A stretch of 64,000 nucleotides of DNA from a virus. How positions within the stretch are numbered: position 1 is the first letter of the stretch; each line of letters starts with the position of its first letter. Below are positions 48,616 to 58,439 of the stretch, one piece after another. Under the pieces are notes generated by a model. That model was not told where the DNA came from and ran no database searches. It saw only the letters and a list, made by a program, of their open reading frames with translations. Made by a program: the position numbers and the translations under genes. The stretch lies in the IMG/VR virus record IMGVR_UViG_3300014720_002669; one strand, written 5' to 3'.

Positions 48616-49149
48616 ATGTCACAAGATCAAAACCAAGTAGGTCACCGCTGGATGTCAGCAAGACAGTACAAGTACACATCAACCAAAGAGTATCACGATG
48701 CGTTTCCATGCGCATATCGTCAATGGCGAGCAGACAGTCATTGCAATTTGATTCATGGCTATAGTTTCTCGATGAAGTTCTACTTTGGTACAGATAACTT
48801 GGATGTACGCAACTGGGCTGCCGACTATGGTGGTCTCAAAGAACTCAAGTCGGTGTTGGAAAGTCAATTTGACCACACATTGTTGGTAGCCGAAGATGAT
48901 CCTGAACTAGAGTTCTACAAGGAAATGGAACGCCGTAGTCTTGCCAAACTAACTATACTACCCAAACTGGGTTGTGAAGGACTGGCTGATCAGCTGTACA
49001 AATATGTGAACGGTGTTTATATTCCTGACATGTGGGGGCAAGGTGAAGCAGCTCGACTGTGGTGCTATCGCGTGGAAGTGCGTGAAACCCAGAGCAACAT
49101 GGCTTTTAGAGAAGGCCATCGCGAATGGAATGAGGATTTATTTGCATAA
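48616..49149 (+). CDS. queD: 6-carboxy-5,6,7,8-tetrahydropterin synthase
   Basis: CNLIHGY, DYGGLK, FDHTLL, GCEGLA, VEVRET. Confidence 0.88.
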   Translation: MSQDQNQVGHRWMSARQYKYTSTKEYHDAFPCAYRQWRADSHCNLIHGYSFSMKFYFGTDNLDVRNWAADYGGLKELKSVLESQFDHTLLVAEDDPELEFYKEMERRSLAKLTILPKLGCEGLADQLYKYVNGVYIPDMWGQGEAARLWCYRVEVRETQSNMAFREGHREWNEDLFA

Positions 49150-49158
49150 GGATCAAGT

Positions 49159-50019
49159 ATGAGTATGGTAACTTACGATCAATCACATCGTTACGATATT
49201 GCTATGTTGTTGGCCACACGAGGCCGAACTGAAAGTCTGGACCGCAGTGTTCGCAGCCTAATAGAGTTGGCTGACCATCCTGAACGTGTGCAGTTGATGT
49301 TTGCGTTTGATCGCGATGATGTGATTGGCAAAGATTATTTTAAAACGAAACTTCAACCCTGGATGGATCAACAAAAACTGGCCTACAAGGCCATGATATT
49401 TGATCGCCAGGGATATCACAGACTACACATCTACAACAACAAGTTGGCAGAAAATACCGATTCACGTTGGCTGATGATTTGGAACGATGATGCCTACATG
49501 GAAACTCAAGGTTGGGATACCACCATCATGAGTTACGAAGGACAATTTCGATTGCTGGCTTTTCATACTCACATGGATCATCCCTACAGCATCTTTCCTA
49601 TCATTCCAAGAAAGTGGTTTGATTTGTTGGGCTATATCTCACCACACAGTGTGCAAGATGGCTGGCTAAGCCAACAGGCATACATGCTGGATATCTGGCA
49701 GCGTATACCTGTGAATGTGTTACATGACCGTGCAGATCTAACCGGCAACAACAATGATACCACGTTTCGTGAACGTGCATCGCTGGAAGGTCGTCCCATG
49801 GACGAAAATGACTTTCACAGTAGGTCACAGATAGCATTGCGACAGCAAGATTGCTATAAATTGGCAGCTTATATGTTGAATGATTTGCAAATGGATCTGA
49901 GTTTTTTCAACAATATCTGGCTGGGCGCACAAGATCCCTGGGAAAAATTAGCTAAAAATGATGTCAACAAGCAAATGGTTCAGTTTTCTAATCCGCATGT
50001 GCATTTTGGAAACAAGTAA
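49159..50019 (+). CDS. GT2-like glycosyltransferase
   Basis: LATRGR, DRDD, WNDD. Confidence 0.7.
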   Translation: MSMVTYDQSHRYDIAMLLATRGRTESLDRSVRSLIELADHPERVQLMFAFDRDDVIGKDYFKTKLQPWMDQQKLAYKAMIFDRQGYHRLHIYNNKLAENTDSRWLMIWNDDAYMETQGWDTTIMSYEGQFRLLAFHTHMDHPYSIFPIIPRKWFDLLGYISPHSVQDGWLSQQAYMLDIWQRIPVNVLHDRADLTGNNNDTTFRERASLEGRPMDENDFHSRSQIALRQQDCYKLAAYMLNDLQMDLSFFNNIWLGAQDPWEKLAKNDVNKQMVQFSNPHVHFGNK

Positions 50020-50026
50020 ATAAGAC

Positions 50027-52033
50027 ATGACATGTAACATTGCTTGGGTACAACCAAATTTTCAACAAGGACCAAAAGAGTTCAACGCCTACTATCTGCC
50101 TTATTCTGCAGGCGTGATATGGAGTTACAGCCTGGCAGACCCGGCCATACGTGAACGCTTCAAAGTTACTGAATTTTTGTGGCGCAGAGAAGCCATCGAA
50201 GAAACAGCTGAAAGATTGTGTAAAAATGACATGGTGGCATTCAGCACCTATGTTTGGAATCATCGCTACAACTATGAACTTGCTCGGCAGATCAAAGCAC
50301 GAAATCCCAACACAGTGATTTTGTTTGGTGGACCTGAGCCTGCTATCACAGACGTCAACATTTTCCGGGACAATCCTTTCATGGATTTGATCATTTGTTA
50401 CGAAGGTGAAATCACATTCAAACGTGTGTTGGAAGTGTTTGACACCAAGAACTGGGAAAGTGTAGCCGGCCTGCTGATCAACAGAAATGGCGAAGCTGTA
50501 AAAACTGAAGAAGCCAAGCGTATTGAAAGTCTTGAAGAAGTTGAAAGTCCATACTTGTCTGGTATATTTGATCAACTCATAGCTGATCATCCTGAGGTAA
50601 CCTGGCAAGGCACCCTGGAAACCAATCGTGGCTGCCCGTATCAATGTACCTTTTGTGACTGGGGCAGTCTGACCTACAACAAAGTCAAGAAGTTCAAACT
50701 GGAACGTGTGTTTGCTGAACTGGAATGGATGGCTCAGCACAACTTTGATTGGATCAGTATAACTGATGCCAATTTTGGCATGTACCCCGAACGTGACGGC
50801 ATGATTGCAGACAAGATCATTGAGTGTCAAGAAAAATATGGATCACCAAGAACATTCTCAGTGGCCTGGGCCAAGAATCAAAAGAAAGAAGTCATAGACA
50901 TTGTGAAGAAACTGTTGGATGCCAAGGGATTCAATCAAGGACTCACACTCAGCGTACAGAGTTTGGACTTGGATGTGCTGGAAAACATTCGTCGCAAGAA
51001 CATGGAAATGAACAAGCTCAACGAAGTATTTGAGCTGTGCGACCAACGCAACATTCCTGCATACACAGAATTGATCCTGGGCCTGCCTGGTGAGACCCTG
51101 GAAACATGGAAAAAAAACTTCTATGCCTTGTACGAATTAAATCAGCACACCGGCATCACAACATTCCAAGCACAGTTGTTGGAAAATGCCGAAATGAACC
51201 TGTTACAGAAGAAACTGTTCAAGATCACCAGCCAACCTGTAACAGACTACTTTGCTGGCAGCTACAGTGTGGAACACATTGAAGAAAGCATTGATGTCAT
51301 CACAGGCACCAAAGACATGCCTACTCCAGTGATGCTGGATGCACAGATATTTGCCTGGTTCCAGACCACGGTTCACATCAACGGCTTTGCTACTTTGGTC
51401 GCACGTTTTATCAACAAGTACCTGAACATCAGTTACAACAACTACTACGAAGAATTGTTTGCACACTTCATGACCAATGAATGGGTAAAGAAAGAAGAAT
51501 CTGAAGCCCGTATGTACTTCAACAATTGGATGATGACCGGACGCATTAACCATCCCAAGATTGGTGTGGAAATACACGGCTGGAACATCATTCACAGAAC
51601 CAGCATGAACATGCACCAGGAAAATCAAGTGGAACAGTTGTATGATCATCTGGAACAGTTTCTAGAACGCTACAACTTGCCCCCAGATCTGTTGGCCAGC
51701 TTGATGAAACTGCAAAGAAGTTACTACATCAAGTATGATGACAGAAATCAGTACCCCATGAACTTGCAGTTGGAATACAACATCTGGGAATATTTGAGCT
51801 TCAGTAAGCCTCTAGAAAAAATTCCCACTGTGTATCGATTGGATTTTCCTGAAGACAAGACCATGAGTTTTAATAGATTTTTGGAATTGTTTTACTTTGC
51901 AAGACGCAGAAACTTTGGCAAGGCCACGGTGGATCGCGTCAGTGGCGGAGACTCCAAAGGCGCTCGTCGAGGCGCAGGTGCTGCCAAAGCACAAGGCAGT
52001 TTTTCAGTGAAGAAAAAACAACTAGTGGCGTGA
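50027..52033 (+). CDS. B12-binding radical SAM protein
   Basis: FSTYVWN, GGPE, EGE, RGCPYQCTFCDW, DANFG, ELILGLPGET. Confidence 0.88.
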   Translation: MTCNIAWVQPNFQQGPKEFNAYYLPYSAGVIWSYSLADPAIRERFKVTEFLWRREAIEETAERLCKNDMVAFSTYVWNHRYNYELARQIKARNPNTVILFGGPEPAITDVNIFRDNPFMDLIICYEGEITFKRVLEVFDTKNWESVAGLLINRNGEAVKTEEAKRIESLEEVESPYLSGIFDQLIADHPEVTWQGTLETNRGCPYQCTFCDWGSLTYNKVKKFKLERVFAELEWMAQHNFDWISITDANFGMYPERDGMIADKIIECQEKYGSPRTFSVAWAKNQKKEVIDIVKKLLDAKGFNQGLTLSVQSLDLDVLENIRRKNMEMNKLNEVFELCDQRNIPAYTELILGLPGETLETWKKNFYALYELNQHTGITTFQAQLLENAEMNLLQKKLFKITSQPVTDYFAGSYSVEHIEESIDVITGTKDMPTPVMLDAQIFAWFQTTVHINGFATLVARFINKYLNISYNNYYEELFAHFMTNEWVKKEESEARMYFNNWMMTGRINHPKIGVEIHGWNIIHRTSMNMHQENQVEQLYDHLEQFLERYNLPPDLLASLMKLQRSYYIKYDDRNQYPMNLQLEYNIWEYLSFSKPLEKIPTVYRLDFPEDKTMSFNRFLELFYFARRRNFGKATVDRVSGGDSKGARRGAGAAKAQGSFSVKKKQLVA

Positions 52034-52743
52034 TGTCAAGACTGTTTACATTTGGGTGCAGTTTTACCAACTATCGTTGGAGCACCTGGGCCGATTGTCT
52101 TGCTCCTGAATTTGATTATTTTGAAAATTGGGGGCAGGCCGGTGGCGGCAATCATTATATTTTTAACTCAGTGATGGAAGCTGATCAGCGTCACCAATTT
52201 GGTACAGGTGACACTGTGATAGTTTGTTGGACCAGTTTAGATCGCGAAGATCGTTATGTTGATGGACGATGGCATACTCCGGGCAATGCGCATTTTGCAA
52301 CCAATGTGTTCAACAAAGAATATCTCAAAACACACATTGATGAGCGAGGATTTTTAATTAGAGATCTTGCCTATATCAAAGCAGTAAAAACGTTGTTGGA
52401 AAATTGTCCAGGGTTGACCTGGCGTTTCTTGAGCATGGTAGAACTCATGGCTCGTCCCTGGCCCGATGATGATGTTAGTTTGCACAGAGATGTCATGAGA
52501 TTGTACAGTGATGTACTGGATACTATCTTGCTGGGCTATGATAAAACTGTGTTTGCTGAAACTGGATGGCCCAATAGAAATGGCGATCCACATCCCAGTC
52601 CAGACGAGCATTTGGCCTATTTGGACGCAGTGTTGCCGGGATGGGTGACAAAAGCAGAAACTCGTGTTAAAATGCATGAACAAAGCGTCAATCTAAATAA
52701 AGATCCCCGCAAGTCGGGCATGACAAAGGTAACAAGACTATGA
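52030..52743 (+). CDS. SGNH-like hydrolase
   Basis: FGCSFT, NWGQAGGGN, DPHPSP. Confidence 0.6.
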   Translation: MMSRLFTFGCSFTNYRWSTWADCLAPEFDYFENWGQAGGGNHYIFNSVMEADQRHQFGTGDTVIVCWTSLDREDRYVDGRWHTPGNAHFATNVFNKEYLKTHIDERGFLIRDLAYIKAVKTLLENCPGLTWRFLSMVELMARPWPDDDVSLHRDVMRLYSDVLDTILLGYDKTVFAETGWPNRNGDPHPSPDEHLAYLDAVLPGWVTKAETRVKMHEQSVNLNKDPRKSGMTKVTRL

Positions 52744-53585
52744 AATTAAAAGTATCAGAATTATTTTATTCAGCACAAGGTGAAGGACGCTATGTTGGCG
52801 TACCCAGCATATTTTTACGCATGTTTGGTTGCAACTTTACGTGTAGTTCATTTGGTTGCAAGCCAGGTGAACGCAGCACAGAAGCAGACGAAGTTGCTAA
52901 AACGGTTGGTCTATACCGAACATTTGAAGAACTGCCCTTGGTGAACACTGGGTGTGACAGTTACGCTTCATGGCATCCTGACTTCAAGCATCTTAGTCCC
53001 ACATACACAGTAGCCGAACTGGTGGACCGAATGACTGAGTTGTTGCCCCGTGGCTCATGGCTACAACCCAATGGCAATCCTGTGCATTTGGTGATCACTG
53101 GCGGCGAGCCATTGCTGGGTTGGCAACGTGCCTATCCAGAACTGCTGGATGTACTAGCCGAGCGTGGACTGCGACATATCACATTTGAAACCAATGGTAC
53201 TCAAGAATTGAGTCGAGAGTTTAGAGACTACTTGCGCAACTGGTTTGGTGAGATCACGTTCAGTGTCAGTCCCAAGCTCAGCGTGTCGGGCGAGTCCTGG
53301 TCTGATGCCATCAAGCCTGACGTGGTCTGGGACTATGAGACATATGGCGTGACTTATCTCAAGTTTGTGGTGGAAAAAGTTGCGGACTTTGACGAACTGG
53401 ACCGTGCTGTGGATGAATATCGCCTGCGTGAGTTTGGTGGTCCTGTGTTTGTGATGCCAGTGGGCGGAGTTGTATCAGTGTATGACGGCAATAGAATCTC
53501 AGTGGCTGACGAAGCACTCCGACGTGGCTACTGGTACAGTCCACGACTTCACGTTGACCTTTGGGGCAATGGATGGGGCAAATAA
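52740..53585 (+). CDS. queE: 7-carboxy-7-deazaguanine synthase
   Basis: ELFYSAQGEG, FLRMFGCN, CDS, TGGEP, ETNGT, SVSPK, PRLH. Confidence 0.9.
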   Translation: MKLKVSELFYSAQGEGRYVGVPSIFLRMFGCNFTCSSFGCKPGERSTEADEVAKTVGLYRTFEELPLVNTGCDSYASWHPDFKHLSPTYTVAELVDRMTELLPRGSWLQPNGNPVHLVITGGEPLLGWQRAYPELLDVLAERGLRHITFETNGTQELSREFRDYLRNWFGEITFSVSPKLSVSGESWSDAIKPDVVWDYETYGVTYLKFVVEKVADFDELDRAVDEYRLREFGGPVFVMPVGGVVSVYDGNRISVADEALRRGYWYSPRLHVDLWGNGWGK

Positions 53586-54281
53586 ATGTTTGATTGTGTA
53601 TTAGTCAACGGAGACAGTTACTCTGCTTCCGATAAAAAACACAAAGTCTATGCGGATTTTTTGCAAGAATGTTTGGATGTGCCTGTGCATAATATTGCAT
53701 GGTCTGGTTCAAACAATCAAAGAATAATAAGAAGCACTTTAGAACATTTAAATCACTACAAAAACCCACTGGTGTTGATTGGTTGGAGTTTTATTAGACG
53801 TATTGAGGTATGGTACTATGGACAAAAACCATCTGTACTGCGTTGGATACCTGACCGATCTAAAGACATAGACAGTAGCAAACATCCTAAATTTATAACA
53901 TTAGATTTCTTGGTAGACGAAAAAGAAGCAACACTAGAACAAAAATGTTTGATAAATGATGATTTCTTTGTACATAAACAGTTAACTGATTTTTACACCA
54001 GTTTGTATATGTTTGCGCACACTTTAGAATCACTGGGTATCAAATACCAATTTTTTTCAGCGGCAAAAAATACTGAAATTCCTATTAATTGTTTTCCATA
54101 TATCGAATCTTTGCAACAAGTACAATGGTGTCACACCAACAAAAATTTTTACAAATTACATGATTTTTGTATTTTAGACTGGGCCAAAGAGCATGATGCT
54201 GATGCCCACTCAGTTACTGGACATTTGAGTGAAAATGGTCACAAAAAATTTGCTGGTTTTTTGTTAGACAACATAATATGA
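53586..54281 (+). CDS. SGNH-like hydrolase
   Basis: NGDSYS, NIAWSGSNN, GHLS..GH; AT-rich. Confidence 0.6.
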   Translation: MFDCVLVNGDSYSASDKKHKVYADFLQECLDVPVHNIAWSGSNNQRIIRSTLEHLNHYKNPLVLIGWSFIRRIEVWYYGQKPSVLRWIPDRSKDIDSSKHPKFITLDFLVDEKEATLEQKCLINDDFFVHKQLTDFYTSLYMFAHTLESLGIKYQFFSAAKNTEIPINCFPYIESLQQVQWCHTNKNFYKLHDFCILDWAKEHDADAHSVTGHLSENGHKKFAGFLLDNII

Positions 54282-54301
54282 TACTGGATGGAGCATTTGA
54301 A

Positions 54302-54712
54302 ATGTTTGATTGGTTAAAGAAAAAAATGTCACCACCACCCCCGGTGCGTACAGAAAAAGCACCACGTGTGGTCCGGGCGCCAGAAAAGGCACCTGAAAAG
54401 AGTGCCAAGCAATTGGCCACCGAAGCCAATGAACCTTATGTGGCTATCATCACCATGGACATTGATCCCAACAACCTGCACCAAGGTGCATTTGAATTGG
54501 ACTGGAATGAGATATTCATTGCACGACTGGTCAAGGCTGGCTACATGATGAAGCCCACAGACGCAGACTCAGACATTGTGGATCGTTGGTTCCAAAATGT
54601 GTGCAGACATGTTGTGATGGAAACATGGGAACAAGACCAGGCCATGCGCAACTCAGCAGGCGGTTATGTACACACCCGTGACATTGGTGACGGACGCACC
54701 GAGATTAGTTAA
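54302..54712 (+). CDS. Hypothetical protein
   Basis: GAFELDWNE, IVDRWF; GGAG SD. Confidence 0.7.
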   Translation: MFDWLKKKMSPPPPVRTEKAPRVVRAPEKAPEKSAKQLATEANEPYVAIITMDIDPNNLHQGAFELDWNEIFIARLVKAGYMMKPTDADSDIVDRWFQNVCRHVVMETWEQDQAMRNSAGGYVHTRDIGDGRTEIS

Positions 54713-54722
54713 GGAAATTGAT

Positions 54723-55184
54723 ATGAATGTAGGATTTACAGCTTCAACTTTTGACCTGTTTCATGCAGGTCACATCATAATGCTAAAAGAAGCCAGAACT
54801 CAGTGCGATTATTTGATAGTAGGATTACAAACGGACCCTACCATTGATCGTCCTACAGAAAAAAATAAACCTGTGCAAAGTATTTTTGAACGTTATGTGC
54901 AGTTGCAGGCCTGCAAATATGTAGACGAAATAGTGGTGTATGCCACAGAAAAAGATCTTATAGATATTTTACTTTCTTATCCCATTAACATAAGAATATT
55001 GGGAGACGAATATGAAAACAAATCATTCACAGGACGGCAAGAATGCATTGGCAAAGGTATCAAATTTTACTTTAACAAAAGGCAGCACACATTTTCTACT
55101 ACAGAACTAAGACAACGTGTAATTGACACCGAAGCAACCAAGTTCATGACCAAGGCCACTGCACTCGACATGAATCGCAAATGA
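54723..55184 (+). CDS. TagD-like cytidylyltransferase
   Basis: STFDLFHAGH, LIVGLQTD, STTELR. Confidence 0.88.
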   Translation: MNVGFTASTFDLFHAGHIIMLKEARTQCDYLIVGLQTDPTIDRPTEKNKPVQSIFERYVQLQACKYVDEIVVYATEKDLIDILLSYPINIRILGDEYENKSFTGRQECIGKGIKFYFNKRQHTFSTTELRQRVIDTEATKFMTKATALDMNRK

Positions 55185-55906
55185 TATTGTATGTCAACGG
55201 TTGCAGTCACACTGCGGCTGCAGAAGCAGTGGTGCCAGATGCATTTGCTGAGGATGATGGTAAGAACGGTACTGATCGTCGTCCACATCCACTTAACTTG
55301 GCAGCCAGTTGGTGTACACATTTGGCACGTAATCTTGGTCGTACACTGGTTTGTGATGCAGAGTCGGCCAGCAGTAACGATCGCATTATTAGAACCACTA
55401 GAGAATGGATCTCTGCCAATCCTACTCAATTACAAAACGTATTCATGGTCATACAATGGACCACTTGGGAACGTGAAGAGTGGTTGCACAACGGAACTTG
55501 GTATCAAGTCAACGCATCTGGCACAGACTGGGTTCCAACAGAGTTGCACTTGCGCTACAAGGAATATGTGGCCAATCATGACTATCGGGCAAAGACTCAA
55601 GAATGGTACAAAAAAATCTGGGACTTGCATGTTGAATTCTTGGACAGAAAAGTAATACATTTGTTTTACAACGGCTGGAGTACATTTAGTGATATTCCCA
55701 ACAAAAGAGATTTTGGTAAAAACTATATTGGTCCATACAGTCGAGATTTAAGTTATAACTCTGTACTTGTAAACAACGGATTTGAGTGGGTCTCCCCAAA
55801 TTCTTACCATTTTGATGCCAAAGGTCATTGCTTTTGGGCCAAATATGTGTTACAATACATCAACGAACACAACTTGGTACCTACACATGCGCTATCTACT
55901 GATTGA
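55181..55906 (+). CDS. SGNH-like hydrolase
   Basis: NGCSHT, SSNDRI, YHF..KGH. Confidence 0.6.
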   Translation: MILYVNGCSHTAAAEAVVPDAFAEDDGKNGTDRRPHPLNLAASWCTHLARNLGRTLVCDAESASSNDRIIRTTREWISANPTQLQNVFMVIQWTTWEREEWLHNGTWYQVNASGTDWVPTELHLRYKEYVANHDYRAKTQEWYKKIWDLHVEFLDRKVIHLFYNGWSTFSDIPNKRDFGKNYIGPYSRDLSYNSVLVNNGFEWVSPNSYHFDAKGHCFWAKYVLQYINEHNLVPTHALSTD

Positions 55907-56972
55907 TACCAGCAACATGTTTTTCCGTGCGCGGCACCAAGCGCATCGTGCCGCTGACACATGGACCAAATTGGGCTTTGCCCTGCACCTTACCTTGATG
56001 AGTGCAAACAAAGTGGCACGTGATTTGGGTGCTGATCATGTGGTATTTGCACTAGAGGGCAGGAGCTGGCGCAAAGATCATTACCGACCCTACAAGGCAA
56101 ATCGTGCTGTGGCACGTGGGCAAATGAGCGAGTCAGAAGCAGAAGAGGACAAACTGTTCTGGGAAACCTATGATGAGCTGACTAAATACTTGTCTACACG
56201 AACCAACTGTAGTGTGATCCGTTGTGCCACAGCAGAAGCAGATGATATCATTGCACGTTGGATTGCTTTACACCCCCAAGACGAACACGTTATTGTCAGC
56301 TCAGATTCCGACTTTGTGCAGTTGATTGCACCCAATGTGAAATTGTACAATGGCATCAATGATCACTTGTTCAGTCCTGCTGGTGTCACAGACGCAAAAG
56401 GCAAAAACTTGGCATTCACTATTGAGAGCAACTCAAAGATCAAGGTTGGCAAAGCCGATGCCAACTTTGTGCCTCCCACTGACTATCAACAGTGGGTGTT
56501 GTTCTTGAAGTGCATGCGTGGTGATCCTGGTGACAATGTGTTCTCGGCCTATCCAGGTGTGCGTGTTCGAGGCACAAAGAATCAAGTGGGACTCACAGAA
56601 GCATTTGAAGATCGTGACCGTCGTGGCTATGCTTGGAACAATCTCATGTTGCAACGTTGGATGGATCATGAGCAAACAGAACGCAAGGTGTTGGAAGATT
56701 ACGAACGCAATCGTACTCTGATTGATCTTACTGCACAGCCCGATGCCGTCAAAGCTGTGGTAGATGAAGCCATACGTGAGCAGATTAGTCATAGGGATGT
56801 AGGCATGGTAGGTGCGCACTTCTTACGATTCTGTGGCCGATACGAACTCACCAAACTCAGTGACTATGCAGATGCAATTGGTCGCTGGTTGAATCAAACA
56901 TACAAAGGAGTATTAGATGATCGAAGCCAAACCCATAGTGGATCAAAAGTATTGGATCTTGAAACAAGATGA
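55887..56972 (+). CDS. rnh: T4 RNase H-like 5'-3' exonuclease
   Basis: LLIDTSN, WRK..Y..YKANR, EADD, SSDSDFVQL, GDPGDNV. Confidence 0.9.
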   Translation: MRYLLIDTSNMFFRARHQAHRAADTWTKLGFALHLTLMSANKVARDLGADHVVFALEGRSWRKDHYRPYKANRAVARGQMSESEAEEDKLFWETYDELTKYLSTRTNCSVIRCATAEADDIIARWIALHPQDEHVIVSSDSDFVQLIAPNVKLYNGINDHLFSPAGVTDAKGKNLAFTIESNSKIKVGKADANFVPPTDYQQWVLFLKCMRGDPGDNVFSAYPGVRVRGTKNQVGLTEAFEDRDRRGYAWNNLMLQRWMDHEQTERKVLEDYERNRTLIDLTAQPDAVKAVVDEAIREQISHRDVGMVGAHFLRFCGRYELTKLSDYADAIGRWLNQTYKGVLDDRSQTHSGSKVLDLETR

Positions 56973-57366
56973 TCGCAAGGTTGGTGTGGTAGAAGCCGAG
57001 AGTGATGGCTACACTGTGCGCATCAATGATCAAGTGGGCCGGTTCAAAACCATTCCCATGGTGCGAAAGCAGGCCAACATTGAGTTTGCACCACCTGAGA
57101 AGATCACAAGGCCTGCGCCAGATCAAGTGCATGGATTTGAAACAGGTTGTAGAGCATTCAATCCCATGTGGGACGTTAAACATAAGTTGCCACTGTTCAC
57201 AAAAGAAAACAAATCAAAGTCATGGTATGCCGCTGGTTGGTATGCTGTGCGTCAACATCGCTCATGGAAACTGATTCGCAACCCAAAACTAATTGTGTTG
57301 GAACGTTACCAATATCGTGGTCCATTTCATACTCAGGAGGCAGCACGTGACCAATCCCTTTCGTGA
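56917..57366 (+). CDS. Hypothetical phage protein
   Basis: AAGGAG SD; PLFTK..KSKSWYAAGWY. Confidence 0.7.
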   Translation: MIEAKPIVDQKYWILKQDDRKVGVVEAESDGYTVRINDQVGRFKTIPMVRKQANIEFAPPEKITRPAPDQVHGFETGCRAFNPMWDVKHKLPLFTKENKSKSWYAAGWYAVRQHRSWKLIRNPKLIVLERYQYRGPFHTQEAARDQSLS

Positions 57367-57709
57367 TCAGAAGAAATTTATGCGGGCTTGCGACCAAACG
57401 GTTGAAGGCTTTGATCAAGATCAATTCAATATGTACAAAAATTTAATTGCGGAAGAGTTCCGTGAACTGCAAGAAGCTCACGACATGGAAGCAGAATTGG
57501 ATGCACTGATTGATATCCTTGTGGTCACAATCGGTGCTATCCACTCAGCCGGCTTTGATGGTGAAGGCGCATGGAAAGAAGTCATGAGCACAAACTTTGC
57601 CAAAATTGATCGTGATACAGGCAAAGTACGCCGGCGTGAAGATGGCAAGGTGCTCAAACCCACTGGTTGGCACCCACCGGTGTTGTATCCATACCTAACT
57701 AAAAAATGA
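57347..57709 (+). CDS. MazG/all-alpha NTP pyrophosphohydrolase
   Basis: LIAEEFRE, LDALIDILVV, N.AK, REDGKVLKP; GTG after AGGAGG. Confidence 0.82.
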   Translation: MTNPFRDQKKFMRACDQTVEGFDQDQFNMYKNLIAEEFRELQEAHDMEAELDALIDILVVTIGAIHSAGFDGEGAWKEVMSTNFAKIDRDTGKVRRREDGKVLKPTGWHPPVLYPYLTKK

Positions 57710-57903
57710 AAACACGCGAACAAATCATCACTTCAATGTGCTACACCTGGCGGCATGATTATGGACTTGATAAAATGGAACATGACGGTCCTGGCGGGTT
57801 GATTTCAGCAGGATTAACTGATGCTGAACGCAAACTGTTATGGCGCCAAATGGCACAGATTTTTGACAATGACATTGCACCACACATGGAGTTTCGACCA
57901 TGA
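57706..57903 (+). CDS. Hypothetical protein
   Basis: ATGA overlaps at both ends. Confidence 0.6.
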   Translation: MKTREQIITSMCYTWRHDYGLDKMEHDGPGGLISAGLTDAERKLLWRQMAQIFDNDIAPHMEFRP

Positions 57904-58112
57904 GTCTGCACATAAATCGTTTTGTAGACTCAATAAAGGCTGCAGAAAGTCGCGGACAGCGAGAACTACAAATAAGCCTGCGTGATGCCAAGGATCTACA
58001 CAGTGATATTACCAAACTGTTGCTCACCCTGGAACAAATGCGTACACAACAAGCACGTGGTGCAGAAATAGTAGAAGTGCAGATCACCGGCGGTAGTTTC
58101 AAATCTACATAG
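57900..58112 (+). CDS. Hypothetical protein
   Basis: Operonic ORF ending GGSF. Confidence 0.6.
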   Translation: MSLHINRFVDSIKAAESRGQRELQISLRDAKDLHSDITKLLLTLEQMRTQQARGAEIVEVQITGGSFKST

Positions 58113-58142
58113 TTATTGGCATAAATAAACGCGGAGTTTAAT

Positions 58143-58439
58143 ATGTCAAGACCAAAGCCTACGGTGCTGATTGAGCACACTAACAAACAGACTTACAAGA
58201 CAGAACAAGTGCTGGCGTCAGAGGGTGTTTGGGCGGTGTTTTTTGAGGCCAAGCCTATCAACTTGAAAACCAGCAACTTGCTTACTCAGTTTCCTGGTCC
58301 CAAGTACAAAAAAGTATCGTTCTCCAACCCAGGGCATGCCATTAACTTGGCTAGAAAACTCAACACACAGTTTCGAACAGACAAGTTCAGTGTTGTGCTG
58401 TTGACACAAGGGGATAAGATCTATCCCAATGCTCAATAA
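58143..58439 (+). CDS. Hypothetical phage protein
   Basis: ATAAATA + GGAG; MSRPKP, KYKKVSFSNPGHA. Confidence 0.7.
   Translation: MSRPKPTVLIEHTNKQTYKTEQVLASEGVWAVFFEAKPINLKTSNLLTQFPGPKYKKVSFSNPGHAINLARKLNTQFRTDKFSVVLLTQGDKIYPNAQ

Noticed and set aside
49988-50830. 280-aa minus-strand ORF
   Set aside because: Antisense shadow of the radical SAM gene
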